A DNA stretch of 64,000 nt. Origin: Callorhinchus milii. Its lineage: Eukaryota. How positions within the stretch are numbered: position 1 is the stretch's first letter; every line of letters starts with the position of its first letter. Below the pieces are notes generated by a model. It ran no database searches. It had not been told where the DNA came from and saw only the letters and a program-made list of their open reading frames with translations. Position numbers and translations under genes: made by a program. The DNA lies in the NCBI RefSeq assembly GCF_018977255.1, contig NW_024704743.1, positions 116,066,001-116,130,000 of the forward strand, in the 5' to 3' direction. This document shows, in pieces, positions 48,898 through 62,700 of the stretch.

Positions 48898-51800
48898 TAT
48901 TTCTTTCAGTTTTTATTTCTTCCTCCATCTGTCACTCTTCATGACATTTCCTGCTCGTCTCTGACTGTCTATATTGCTGTCCACCTTTTTCTCTCTGCTT
49001 GTTTGACATTTCCAATGCCCTGCTCGTCAGCCTCCCCAGCTCCATCATCTTCAAACTCCCAATCAACCAGAACATTAAAACAGGGCCCCGTCTGCCTGTT
49101 CAGGTGGACGTTAAAAATCCCATAGCACTATTCAAAAAGAGAAGGGAAACTCTCCCTGTGTCCTTGCCAATAATCCCCTAAATAAAATTGTTTACTCACG
49201 CCAAGGCTGTTTGTGGGACACTGCTACGTGCAAATTAGCTGCTGAATTCACCCCCAAAAATACAGTCACTCCATTTTACAGTATATTCTGTGAAGAACTT
49301 TGAGACGTTTCATACGGATTCCTGTTATAAAACTCCGCATCCTCTCTCACACTAGGCTCCACGAGCCTGTCACTCCCCTTCTTTTCCCAGCTCCCCCCAT
49401 TTCCTATTCCCTAGCAGATCAGCTTTAAGATCCTCATCCTCACCCTCAAATACCTCCACCGCCTCGGGGGTCTTCATATTTTGTATCTAACTGGAGCCGA
49501 GACCAACAGGCACTGCTTTGTGATTAATTGATTGGAATTGGCCACACGCACTATAACTGGAGCTCGGGGAGATCGACTGGCATTTTGTTCTGTTCACAAA
49601 ATGAACAGTGACTTTGTCTTGACTTTAGACTCAATGGAGCAACAGGAGATCAATGCCCACAAACGCTTGTTTGGCTGAGAGCAGTGTAACTTGTCTGAAA
49701 GCAAAACATCAATTTGGAACAGAGAAAGAAAGGGATGATTTCTGATTTTAGTAATATTCTTTCACCCTCTTCCCTCTTCCTCCCCCAATTCTTGCCCAGT
49801 TTTCTCCCCCCCCCCCCCCGGAAATCATTCACTGAAGCCTCACTGGGCTATGGAGCCATGGAGCCAGCTGCCCTCTGATACCTACACCAAACGTAATCTT
49901 TTTCAATGTTTGTAGTTGGACTGAACATTGACTCTCGCCTTCCAGCTTTGCTGCTTTCTCTGCCACCACTCTCTTCGAGATCCCCCTCCAATCTATTTTC
50001 TGTCCCACCCGTAGCACTGAGACTGTTCAAGTCAATGTTACAAATGACATTCTCTCCATCTGCGACCAGGGCTCCCCCTTTGCCTCCTTGTTCTCCATGA
50101 CCTCTCTGCCACCTTCATTGCCTTTGACCACTTCATTCTTCTCTACCTTGCCCCTCCTCCCCCCACACCTTCAAAACCCATTTTACAACCAATCTTTTCA
50201 ACCGCATTTCAGTCATCTTTCCCCCACCCTGATCAGTGTCCTCCTGGCATGAAAGGGGCTGTGTGACTCTAAATCACAATTGTTTTCCTGGGTAGTGGGG
50301 AGAAGGAGAATGGGGGTGGGGATAACAGGCAGTGGGGCACAGCTGAGACAGATCCTCACACACGTTCCCTTTCCAGGAGGATTTTCTGGACAGCGATTGG
50401 AAGCTAGAATGTTAGTTGTGTGTTTTTCTTGTTATTGTTGTTGTTTGTACAAAAATGAGGCATAACTGAGAACTGAAATTCCACTTAGTCTTAGCCTGCA
50501 AATCCATTTTGTCTAAAAAATGATGATTGCACAGAATTGTGGAAAGAAACAAAATTGAGTCTTAATTTTGATCACCCTGCTTCGCCCCCTGCCCTCCAGC
50601 CTCCGCGATCCTGATCCCCAGCTCGGGTCCGAAACTCTGTCTGTCCAATGCCTTGGGACATCCTCACGACGTGAAAGGCTCTATACAAATATAATTTTGT
50701 TGTTGTTTCCTATTTCCCCCCTTCCTTCCCCTCTCACACCCTCCAAGCTCAGGGGACCCTGAGACAAATTTCTGTGTGTAAACTGCAATAAGCTGACTCA
50801 GTGTGGGGGTGGGGTGGTAGGGTGGATGAGATCAGATGGGCCAAAGTGTCTTCTTTATCCAAACCGATTTTGGGTTCTTATGACCACAGGATGTTCCAGC
50901 CTGGAACCTTCTACAGGTCTGCACGGCTGAACGCAGCCCCAGCTGGTGCCTTTACCCACCAGATTGTCAGAGGAGCAATGTTTCAATTGCTTTTTAATGA
51001 GAACTTTAAAATAAAGGACCGAATTGTCCCACAAGCGTAATTGATTCCCCTTTCAAGGTAATGAGTCAAGATACTGGATTTCCTACAGTTACACAATGAA
51101 GGAGCAAGCGGAGCAGTGGATTATATAGAGCAGGTGTCGATGTGACAGTAAATCCACAGCAGATTAGGGAACCATTAAGTGTGCTTTTTTTAAAAAAAAC
51201 TTTTTTTTCCATGGGGATATTTAATCAAGTGTCATTTTACAATATGGTGCTCATCCCAATTAAAAGAGCTTCGGTAAAGATTTCCAACCAGCTGAGAGGC
51301 TGGATGGCACAGAGCAAACATCTGGCTTGTTAAAGTTGTGACACCGATCCACCTCTTCAATGCTCCTGTTTCTCTATACTGTGAAGCTCATTGATCTTGT
51401 TCAAAGCCTGTGCAATTATTGCTCTTCAGTCTCCAATCCTTTACAGATGTTTTGTTGTTGCTAGAAGCTCAGGTAAGGAAATCTGTTATTGTTTTAATAC
51501 CTAAAAGAATTGTTTCAGGCTGATAGAGCCTGCTCGGAAGGTAAGTTTAAGGAATGGAATTAGGTAAGCGTTGGTGGGTCCCTCCAGGGAGAGAGGGTGC
51601 ATTCCATTCCAGACACAGAGAAGTGTCCAGGTGTAGGTGGCGTGCGTACGTGGAATTCTCAGCTTGGTTCGGATGCTCTTAAGCGTGGTGAGGGGTTTCT
51701 GTGGATGTCAAATCCCAGAAGATTAAAGAAAAATTAAGAGTGGGTTATCTGGTCTTTCCACCCTCGGCTCCTCAACCTGCAAGGTGTTACTTATTGCAGA

Positions 51801-52802
51801 ATTGCAATGCAGGGTCAAAGTCCAGATGTCACCTGAGTATGGTACAGTATAATGTGTGTTCCTGAGATTGGATTTAATAACAATAATCTTTGCATTTGAT
51901 ATAGCGTCTTATCACATCTTTGAGACGTCTCAAAGCGCTTCACAGGATATACTGCAAAGTGAATTGACTGTATATTTTGTGGGCGAAATTTCACTCCAAA
52001 ACTTAACAGGGCTGATACTGGGATGAGAGTATAGGCAGTTTGATGGTGAGAGGTCAGAAATTGTCAAGTTTAAAGTCAGAGGTCAGTTTGCAGGTAGATT
52101 TGGGGTGAGGGTGTAAATAGGTAGGTTTAGGATCAGATCTACATAACTCACATGTCCATGTCATTCAGTGTCCCCTGTTGGGAAGATTTCGGTATTGCTG
52201 ACCTGCAAAAGCTTTTACCAAAGAGCAGGCAAGATCTGCAGCTAAAGTAAAGAAAACATAGTCACACATCGCCATCTGGAAACGAGCATACATCAGCCCT
52301 GGCTGTGTGGCCTCCACACTCTGGAATTCCTCCCCGAAAAGTAAATGAGGCGGACACCAGCAACCTCAGACTGACTGAGAACTGGAGAGTTGTGCAATCT
52401 ATCAGTTAAATGGCATCAAATACCCATTAGTGCAACAGATCATTGTGTGTTAACACAAGTTAGCAAGCGCATCACTGTGCAAGGGGTAAGGAACCAGTCA
52501 AGCTGTTGTATAATGGGGATTTCTGCAACGTTATCGAATGAGCCTCGATATATTAAGCAGTGAATTATACAGAATTTAGTGGATTGCTGTGTTATAAACG
52601 GAATGCAAAGTACAGACTCAGCTTGACAATTGTGCTCTTTCATTTATTTGACTACTGAATTCTTGCCTTTCTGCTGAGCTCAAAGGTTACTCCGGCTCCT
52701 TTATCATGCGCATCTCTTGTCAAAAATGCAGAGCGAGTCATTTCATGACTAAACTGCACAATGAGGATGATGCTTAGGCAAGTCACAGTTTAGTAATCTT
52801 TG

Positions 52803-53190
52803 TAATAAGAATCCTTACGTTTGATATAGTGCCTTTCATGTCGGGAGGACGTCTCAAAGCTCCTCCCAGGATTAATTGTAAATTGTAGTGATTGTGTATT
52901 TCATAAGTGAATGCGGCAAACAATTTGCATACAGCAATGTGCTACTAAATTTTATCTGGGAGATTGTTGTCCAGGCTACCAGGAGAAACTCCCTTCTCTT
53001 TTTGAGTAATGCAATGAGATCTTTAATGTCCACCTGAATGGGCAGGAGGGACTTTGATTTAACTTCTCATCCAAAGAACGGCACCTCCAGCAATACCGCA
53101 GTGTTGTGCATTCCAACTCCTGACTTGGGGCTTGAACCCACAACTTCTGATTCGGAGGCAAGAGTGCTCCCAATTGTGCCAGGCTGACAC
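52803..53190 (-). mobile_element. Family A DeuSINE, near full length
   Basis: Collinear reverse complement of 44999-45463, from the taat tail to the ggctgacac head. Confidence 0.82.
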
Positions 53191-55888
53191 CTATTCATTA
53201 GATTTGCTCTATTTGCTTGATGGTCTGGTATATTTATCTGCATTTGGTTTTGTGTGCAAGATTAACTTACAAATAAATAAGTTGTATTTATTGTAAATAA
53301 TTTATAAATAAATCACCGGGGAGGGGGGAGATAGGATGGGAGTTGGGTAACCAGGAGCGATACACGGCACAGAGGAATTCTTCCAATAATGGAAAAGACA
53401 GAAAGGTTTCTTTGAGTTGAAAATTTTTCTACAGTCGTTCCTGCATGTCAGGTAACAAGATTGAAATGTCACTTTATGTTCAATTAAGCTGAGGTATATA
53501 ATATGATTGAGCTGCCAGTTTAATCATTCATTTCCTGGTAGTGTCTTTTGTCCAATGTGTGCCTACCGCTTTGAGGACTGAGTTTCTGGCCGGCATATTG
53601 CGTAGCGACTGTGTACGTTATGTGCTATTTTTGAGGCTGGAATGGAAAATCATCAATAAGGCTTCGAAATAGATCTGCTCTATCTAGCAAGGGGAAAGGT
53701 GGGGGTGGAGGAGGGAGAGAATGGAAAAATAAATTGGTCAGTTTGGCTCCTTTGCGTTTATTCCATTTGACAACTTTTGGAAGAATATTTGAAACGCTGG
53801 GAGATTATCCACCCTTCAGGGAAACAGAATGGTCTGTCTGAGAAGGGAGCAGATTATTAGACTGATCAGGCTACTTACTGGGTTCACAAGAGGTAAAGTT
53901 CGGGATCACACTGTGTAGTCTGGCATTAAAGAAATATTGATGGGGTCAGCTGGGTGGGAACGACTGGTTTGCCATCTGTACTGCTGAGTGACCTCAATTA
54001 CATCCGTCACTCCAACAGGAGTCTTAACATAAGGAAAGGTGGGAAAGCAGTGAGCTCTGAATTGTGGCTGCCTTATTTGGACAACGAGTCTGGTGACATA
54101 GCTTGCGATTGGAGGCCTGATGGCTGAGAGAATAAATGCCTTGCCCAGAGCGCAGAAGAAATTATAACGCTGGCTTGTGCTGAGACGCTGGTTTTGCAGT
54201 GAGCTACTCCATATAATAATAATTAATATAAATCTTGCACTTGATATGGCACCTCATGACATCTTCGAAACGTCTCAAAATACTTCCCAGGACTTTACTG
54301 TAAAGTATAATAATAATAATCTTTGCATTTGATATAGTGCTTTTCACGTCTTCTAGACGTCTCAAAGCGCTTCACAGAATATGCTGTAATATGTGTAGTC
54401 GCTGTGTATTAGTGGGCGATCGATACTTTCATTGCAGCAATGAACTTTTTTATATAGATACATTTAAACCCCAAATAGATTGACAAATGAGGGTGGGATC
54501 CGATCTGGTGAGATGGAATTTCTGGCTAAGTGTAATTACTGGTGTTTACCAGGATTTTTCTAAAATGCCAGTTCATGTATTGTAATTTTTTGAATCCCAC
54601 AAGCAGAATAGAGCGAGTGCTCACATTTTGTGCTCACAGGATTCAGACAATCTGAGTCAAAGACGATATTCCTGGCCGCAGGAATGGAGAGACTGCTCAG
54701 TGGGGCATTAACGGGCACTAAGAGAGTTGGGGCTATCAGGAAAATGTAACTCTTCCAGGATATTTTTTTCCTGGCCCCAATTCTACTGGCATCCAATGTA
54801 ATTAGAGCAGCCTCGGATAATAAATATGTGAATTTCAATATTAATAGTGCAAAAATATACATATTAAAAAAAATTTAATTATTTCAAAAACCATTCTCCG
54901 CCAAGCTTTTAAAGCCTGCAGTCACTGGAGCAAGAAGGGATAGTTAATAAAATATTTTCATTAACAGCACCTATTTCCTCGCTCTCTCTGTCTCTCTCTT
55001 TCATGGCAAAAGATATCACATTGAAACTGAATTCCTGGAACGTAAATCACTTTATATTTAAGCGAATTTAAACATAATTAGGGATTTGAGAGAGAGAACT
55101 AATAATAATAAACAATAGCCCTTGGTATTTAATATAGCTCCATTCACATCAACCAGACGTCTCAAAGCACTTCACAGGATTTACTATAAAGTGTAGTGAC
55201 TGTGTATTTTGATCAGCAGGAGGTTTGCAGTGTGAGAACCCTGGAATGATCTGAGGCAGAGCAGGGATCGATGGGATAACTGACCTTCTGATACCTTCTA
55301 ATACTCCTGAGTTCCTACATTGCAAACCTGACTAATTTGGATATGAAGTGCTTCACCTTAATGTGGATTTTACTGTTGTCATCTCTGTGGGTCATTGTGC
55401 TGTCACAGTCATCTGTCTCAAAGCAGAGTGGGTTCTCAGGTGCCACATAAAATTTCCCTCCCCATTAAAAAATTATTCCTTCACATCATGGCTGTTTGTA
55501 GGACATAGCTTTTCGCAAATTGGTTGCTGTTTTTGCTTATGGTAATGTTACTACCATTTACAGTATATCTCATTAAGTGCTTCGAGGCATTTTCCCGACA
55601 TGAAAGGCACTAAACCCAAACACAAGGGTTATTGTTATTCTCTCTAATCCCTGTTGCCACAACTCTTTTCCATAACCATTAATGCTATTCGGCCTCAAGC
55701 ATTTATTTAACTGCCTTCTGAGGGCCACCTGTAGCAAGTTTGGATGCCCAAACTAGCAGTGCCAAGCATTTACATTTACATGGAGTCCTTCCATGATGAA
55801 GGGCTCCATGTCAATGTAAATTTGTATTGTATGTTTGCAATGTAAGTGTAGGTTTGTCATTAACATGGTCTCGTCTTTAATGTCACAG

Positions 55889-56182
55889 ACCCACCAACTC
55901 CGATTGCACCCCCTCAGCTGAATTCGGTTGGTGCCACGTACCTGTGGGTCCAGCTGAACGCAAATTCCATCAGCGGCGACGGCCCCATCGTCCAGCGAGA
56001 CATCAACTATCGCAGCACAACCGGGAGCTGGACGGACATCCAGCCAGTGGACAATCACCAGTACAAGATCGGCCACCTGGACCCAGACACAGAGTACGAG
56101 ATCCGGGTACTGCTCACACGCCCTGGAGAAGGTGGCCGGGGGGCGCCGGGACCTCCACTCATCACAAAAACAAAGTGTGGAG
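55889..56182 (+). CDS. PTPRM: PTPRM-like coding exon, first fibronectin type III repeat (equivalent to exon 7)
   Basis: gtcacag|AC acceptor, GGAG|gtagga donor, 294 bp, phase 1 to 1. Translates (D)[111 protein letters not shown] is PTPRM-like. Confidence 0.95.
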
Positions 56183-56398
56183 GTAGGACCGAGGCCAAAG
56201 CCTGTGCCTGAACTCAAGTCATTTAAAGCGGAGGTGAAAATGCACCAGATATTGCGTGTGTGTGTGTATCTGTCTGTCTGTCTCATTGGGTCCATGGGCT
56301 TCAGAAAAGCAGTAGAGCCCGATGCTCCCCCACCTCATCAACGGCAAAGAATTTCAGGTTCCCATCTTGCTCAATAGTCGCAATCACGATCAGTGCTA

Positions 56399-56590
56399 TT
56401 GTTATTGGGGTTGGGGAGCTCCCTGTTATTGGGATATGGGAGTTCCTCTGTTATTGGGGTATGAGAGCTCCCTGTTATTGGGGTATGAGAGCTCCCTGTT
56501 ATTGGGGTATGGGAGTTCCCTGTTATTGGGGTATGGGAGCTCCCTGTTATTGGGGTTTGGTAGATCCCTGTTATTGGGGTATGGCAGATC
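56399..56590 (+). repeat. Minisatellite, about 8 units of 24 bp (ccctgttattggggtatgggagct)
   Basis: Directly visible tandem array about 220 bp downstream of the FN3 exon. Confidence 0.95.
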
Positions 56591-58543
56591 TTCTACAGAA
56601 CTTCTATTACTGAAACATCCTAACTTCAAGCAAAGTCTTGGGATTATTTGAAGCCAGGAAAATCACGGCCACTTTAAAGTCCTAGTTACTTCTGGAAACA
56701 AGATGAATGCGTTAAAAATGGTGCTGGACACTGAGTATTAATGACTTACACAAAAGACAAGACGAGATCAAACGGGTTGGAAGTCTTCCTTCAATCAAAC
56801 CTTTCTTGTGATCTAAAGGAAAGTGGGTCAACCCTTCATTTGCAGGGAGTGAACTACTTTAAAACGGTGTGTTAACTGTAGTGGCAAAGGGAAGCATTTC
56901 TAGCTCCTAGAGACATTTATTTCTATTCTTTAGTATAGAGTCTGGTCAAACTGTCATGAGTTTGGCTCGAAGACATGTTCCACACAGACAACGAGCTTGA
57001 GCCTCGATCGTCCACATCAGTACATAATAATATTATTTAATAATAACAATCATAATAAACCTTGCACTTGTTATTGCCCATTTTCATGTCGTCAAGATGT
57101 ACTAAAGTGCTGCACAAGATAAAATTGGTCATTCATTTTATGGCTGTTTGTGGGACATTGCTGTGCGTAAATTGGCTCTGACATTTGCTTTCAAAGTACA
57201 CAGTCACTGCACTTTACAGTAAATCCTGTGAAGCATATTGAGACTTTGCGATGACATAAAAGACACCACATCAGATGCAAGGATTCTTATTTATTGTAAG
57301 TCATATTCCCAGTTAAAGGATATGGGCTTTGCACTGAAGGAAGAATGTTTGCTCCCTGTGCGCACATAGCAGTGCCCGTTTCTTGGGTAAAGCAAGAGGT
57401 GGGATAATGTTGTGCTTACTGATTCGACAATGATATATGTTGTATTGTTAACCTTGTGAGTTAAATTCAAATCATCGGGGAAAAAATTGAGCAGAACGCA
57501 ATTTAGAAAGCCCTCTGGTAATGCGAGGAGATTGCTTCGCCGACACTGCTCCACAATTCATTTGGCTTCCAAACTCGAGCCCGTCCGTTGGCACTCATTG
57601 GAGGTTGCGGGGGTAGCACATGACGCCTGTTAATAGCTGGCTTGAGGGGGTGATGCACAACGCTGATAAAGTAAAGGCAAAGCAATTATGCTGGGCAGGT
57701 GTAAGGCACTGCTTTTATGAATAGCAGCATTTGGAATTTGTGTCAAGTCATTTACAGAGAGAATCATTGCACCTGTTTAATTACCAGCCTAATGGTATGC
57801 TGTGAGCCAATTGCTCAAGGGCTCCACACACCCGCTTAGAACCGAAGGCGACCGATCAGACGGTTAATGATCTTAATCTTTCTTGGCAGAGCTGAAATAA
57901 TCTGCCATTTGCGGCTGGCAATGGTACCCACACACACAATCAGCGCTGTGCAGGTGCTCTGGCAACCTCTCCCTCACCAACCGCCACTCCCCATTCCCCC
58001 CCCCCCCCCCACTCTGCCTCCCCCGTCGCCTCCTCTAAATAAGCCTCAATAATTGTGATGCAAGAAAATTACACCAAATTGGTTGCAAATTACGGAAGAT
58101 GTGTAATAACATGTTGGGATCTAATGGATTGTATTGTCTCGTCGGTATCACAGTCAATGGCACAAGCTTCCTTCTCTGATAATTGTAGTTGGCAGCGTAG
58201 CAATTAACCACTTAGTGATTCAGAAAAGGGAACTTTAATGTGTTACAACAGGAATTTGTTCTTTTACCTGAAGTACAAGGAAAGATTGACTGCACAGACA
58301 TCCAGAACAAGACAGTGAAGCGCAATTTTCAGTTTGGCTTTAGTGGTGACATTTCAGTTCCGGGACGGGTGTTATATAAATGCAAGTTGTTGCAGTTGTT
58401 GTTGACTCTATTGGTACAGCGGCCAGATTACACATGCAATGTCCCACAAAAAGTTATGAAATGATCGACCAATGTTACCTGAGGAGGAGGATTGTTGGCC
58501 AGGACACTAGGAGTAACTTTTTTCTAGTGCCATGGGATCTTTT

Positions 58544-58896
58544 GTGGAAGCCTGTAACACAGTGGTTAGAGCACTCGCCTCACAAGTGAGAAACCTGGGT
58601 TCGATTCCCAGCAGGGCGAAAAGTTTCCTTACATGCCTCCGTTTACCTAGCAATAAGTAGGAACCGGTTGTTAATCGATTGGCGGATCAAATTTCTGGGG
58701 ATAATAATCCCTCAAAAAAACAATAAGAATTTGGTCACTCAATCCACGACTGTTTGTTGGACACTGCTGTGCGCAATTCGCTGCCATGTTTCACCCACAA
58801 ATATACAGTCAAGTCACTTTAGAGCATATTCTGTGAATCACTTTGAGACATCTTGAAGACGTGAAAAGCGCTACAACAAATGCAAAGATTATTATT
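58544..58896 (+). mobile_element. Family B SINE, long form
   Basis: Collinear with 38666-39030. Confidence 0.85.
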
Positions 58897-59304
58897 TATA
58901 TTATATTAAGGTCTACCAGAATAACAGGCCAACCAAATCTTGGTTTAACATACTTTACTATCCCGGAGTCCCTCTGCCTCACCCCCTCCCTCACCGGCTT
59001 AAAACCCGATCTTTTTAACCATCTTTCCCCCACGCTCCTTGACTAGGGTCCACCCCCACACACACCCACACACGCCCCCTGCCAACTCCAGCTTTCAGTC
59101 AGTTGTGTGAAGCACTTTGCGATGTGATAGGTGCTGTATACATGTAACTTGTTATCATTGTATACGGAGCCGCAGTTTAAAGTGGTCGAGCAAGGAGCAA
59201 GGCAGGAGTCAGGTCTGATAGCTAGGGGGCTATCAGCATGCACGGAGGTGGGGGGGGGGGTGGGTTTCCTCCCCGGCTCTGGCCGCTGTGCAAGGCTGAA
59301 CAAC

Positions 59305-59787
59305 GTCCCAAAGTGCTGGACAGTTGGGTCAGGACCCAAGCAGGGGGAAAATGGTGAGGGTGAGGGAAGGGAGGGAGCGAGGAGGGGGGAAATGGTCAGG
59401 GTGAGGGGAGGGAAGGGAAGGGGTGAGGAAGGGGTAGAGAGTCGAGTGGGGAGCTGAAGGCACGGTCAAAGAGAAAGGTCTTGAGACCGGCCTTGAAGGA
59501 GGAAAGGGAGGAGGCGGCGAAGGCACTGGGGGATGGAGTTCCAGAGCCTAGGGGCTGAGAGGCTGAAGGCCCGGCCACCGATGGTAGGGTAGTTGGGGCG
59601 GGGGATGTGGAGCAGACCGGAGCCAGGGGAACGGAGGGTACGGGCAGGTAGATAGGGGGATAGTAGGTCGGAGAGGTAAGAGGGAGCAAGGCCGGTAATG
59701 GCCTTGTAGGCGAGGATGAGGATCTTAAATTCGATCCTCTGGGGGATGGGGAGCCAGTGGAGGCGAGCGAGGGTGGGAGTGATGTGG
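59305..59787 (-). mobile_element. 3' fragment of the young L2 subfamily, terminal tail missing
   Basis: Minus-strand HITPTLARLHWLPIPQRIEFKILIL...LWNSIP plus the tandem 3' UTR. Confidence 0.9.
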
Positions 59788-62700
59788 GTGGAGCAGTACA
59801 CAGCAACGCGCTCGGTATGTGTAATCACAGCAGTGTGCGCAGAGATGGGACCGGGGAGAACATGCCAGGATTTATTAGCAGCTGCGATAAATAGCGAGCA
59901 CTGACCATATGCAGAGAATTAGAAAATATTATAGTTGAAGCAATTTAGACACGCTGTGCTTGTGATAAATCGCAGCCCAGCTACTGACGATCATTAAATT
60001 GAACGCCTCGCATAAAATCAACGAAATGGGAAAGCAGAGAAAGTTTATTAAAATGTCTTGTGTAAAAAAAACATGTGTGGTATATAATGCTGGAAATCCC
60101 CAGGAGGTCAACCAGCTACTGAAGGCATTTTTGCCCAGCTACCCACTCGTTCTCCAGCCCACCTTTTCAGCCCTAGTTATCCTGTCAAAACCTTTTTGAA
60201 GACATCCACTGGATCTCTTCTTAACCCTCTGCACTTCAACGGAAAGAGTTCTGATGGTTTGATCTTATCCTCATAACAAACTCAGTATCCCTTGCACAGT
60301 ATTCTCTGTGTGAACCTACATTCTAATGTCTCCCATTTTGCTTTTCAAGACCTTTCAGATATTTTTAAGCAATCTATTAAATCCTTCGAGTATAAAAAAT
60401 GATCATTGCGTTTAATGTAGTGCCTGAACGTCAGTTGTCTCAGTGTTTTTGTGACGAACAGTGACTATGTATTTAGTAGGCAAACTGATGGCCAACTTTA
60501 CGCACAGCAATGACCCACAAGTAGCCATGAATTGACGGATCAATTTTACCTGGAGGATACTCCTTCCACGTTTCAAATAGTTCCATGAGATCTTTTAAGT
60601 TCAGGTGAAACCTCAGTTCTGCATTGAAGTGTTATCCTAGACTAGCAGCTCAAAGACCTCACATGTGACTTGAGCCCACAATCTCTGACCCAGGGTTGAC
60701 ACTTCAAATGAAAAGAGCCCCAATGTTTTCAGTCTGTGCTCATAACCATAAACAACATCAACTTCCATTTATATAGTGCCCTTCAGGCAGGGTAGTGTCT
60801 CAGAGTGCTGACAAACCTCTCTCATTCCTGGCCCTATGTTAACTCTAAATGTAAATCCCTAAATGGCCTACAAATACACACAGTGACTCCATTTCACAGT
60901 AAATCCTGTGAAGAGCTTTGAGACATCCTTCCAACACGAAGGCTCTATACTAAATGCAAGGATTATTATCATATGCTGTGCTCTCTCCATGGCTCTGATG
61001 TGCTTTCTGTAACAGGACACTCAGAACAACACATACTATTCCACCTGCAGCCTCATCAAGGTCTTGTATAAATTCAACAACACTTCCCTGGATTAATTTA
61101 CCAAGCACAGAAATAGAGGCAATAACACCGGGATGTTGAATTCAATATTCAATCAGATGTGAGAATTAATGTGCTGTAGGGATCAGCCTTTGTAGCTGAA
61201 TGGCCATTGCCTGACATCTCATGGTCTTATGTCTGTCTGAACTGAAGAATGATTGAAGTGCTTCAAAGGAACACAAAGACAATTCCTGTGTCATTAGCAA
61301 TTGCCAGCCTTTTTGTCTGTTGGACAACAGGAATTTATTTGCCAGGTCATGTAATTTATGTATATGAATGTTTCATATGGAACAGCTCTAGCTGACCAGG
61401 ATTCACATCTTACAGCTTGCAACTGGTAAACACATGCCCACTAGTCTTAGCTGCCAGCGAGCCACGAAACAGAGTTGACAGAGCACATCATATCCCTCAT
61501 TCCTCTCCCCTCCCCCACTCAATGAAAGAAGTGGTGAAGGATGGTAGGAGGCCATGATGGAAGTAAGAGAGGATACACAGTAAAATACTACCTGCCCACC
61601 CCTCCCACCAACGACATTTTAAAACACTCATTCTTTGCATGAGCTGGAAAGAAAGAAATTACAGATTTACTGCACCTTCTCACGTCTCTAGCATTTCACA
61701 AGCAATTACTGTCAAATGCAGTGACTGATTTTTTGGGGCAAATTCAAAGGCCATTTTGCACCAGCCGGTGTGAAGTGAATGACCAATTCATCTTTTTGGA
61801 AGAATATTAATGATATGAATTACATTAGCTATATAGACAGCACACAGAAGCTTTCTGTAAGGGTACCGGGACATATACACACAGCAAGCAGAAGTTTACA
61901 GATCCTGTACTATTATAATAATAATAATCCTTGCATTTGACACAAGCGCCTTATCACATCATGGAGATGTCTCAAAGCGCTTCACAGGATATACTGTAAA
62001 GTGGATTGACTGTGTGTATGTTGTGGGTTAAATGTGGCAGCCAGTTGCGCACAGCAAAGACCCACAAACAGTTATGGAGTGAGTGACTGATTTTATTTGG
62101 GGGACTGTTGGTTAGCTCACCAGGAGAAACTGCCTTTTCTTTTCAAATAGTGCAGTGGGAGCTTTAATGTCCACCTGGACAGCCAGACGAGACCTCGGTT
62201 TAACATCTCATCCAAAGGACAGCACCTTCGACAATGCAACACACCCCCAGCACTGCATTGGAGTGTCAGCTTAGAATAGGTGACAGCTTAGTAACTAGTG
62301 GTGGAGAGGCCCAGTTGTACCCTAAGAAAAAGAAAAAGGAGTCAAAACATCTTTAGAAGAGAAGCGAAATAAGAAACCTGAATTTGAGCCCTGAAGACAA
62401 AATTGTTGACACGGTTGCGGCGTATTTATCAGCGGTGCTTGTTGTACATTGTATTTCCCGTTCATTTAGCAAATCAGACATAAGCTTCAGTCATTTGATG
62501 CGGTTGGATCAATGTATTTATTCGAGCATACAAATCAGTTGCTGTAAATGCTGCTCTTGGCGACCGCACTACATTTAAACCCCAAAACCACCCAAGTATC
62601 ACAAATGTGTTTGACCCAGCACAAAAACAGAAAGTAACCATTTACAACCTCCTCACCTGAAAGATGGTGGCACAAGATTGGATGTTTAACTGTTTGAGGC

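Noticed and set aside
55753..56295. 180-aa minus-strand ORF
   Set aside because: It is the antisense shadow of the GC-rich FN3 exon, with no recognisable domain.
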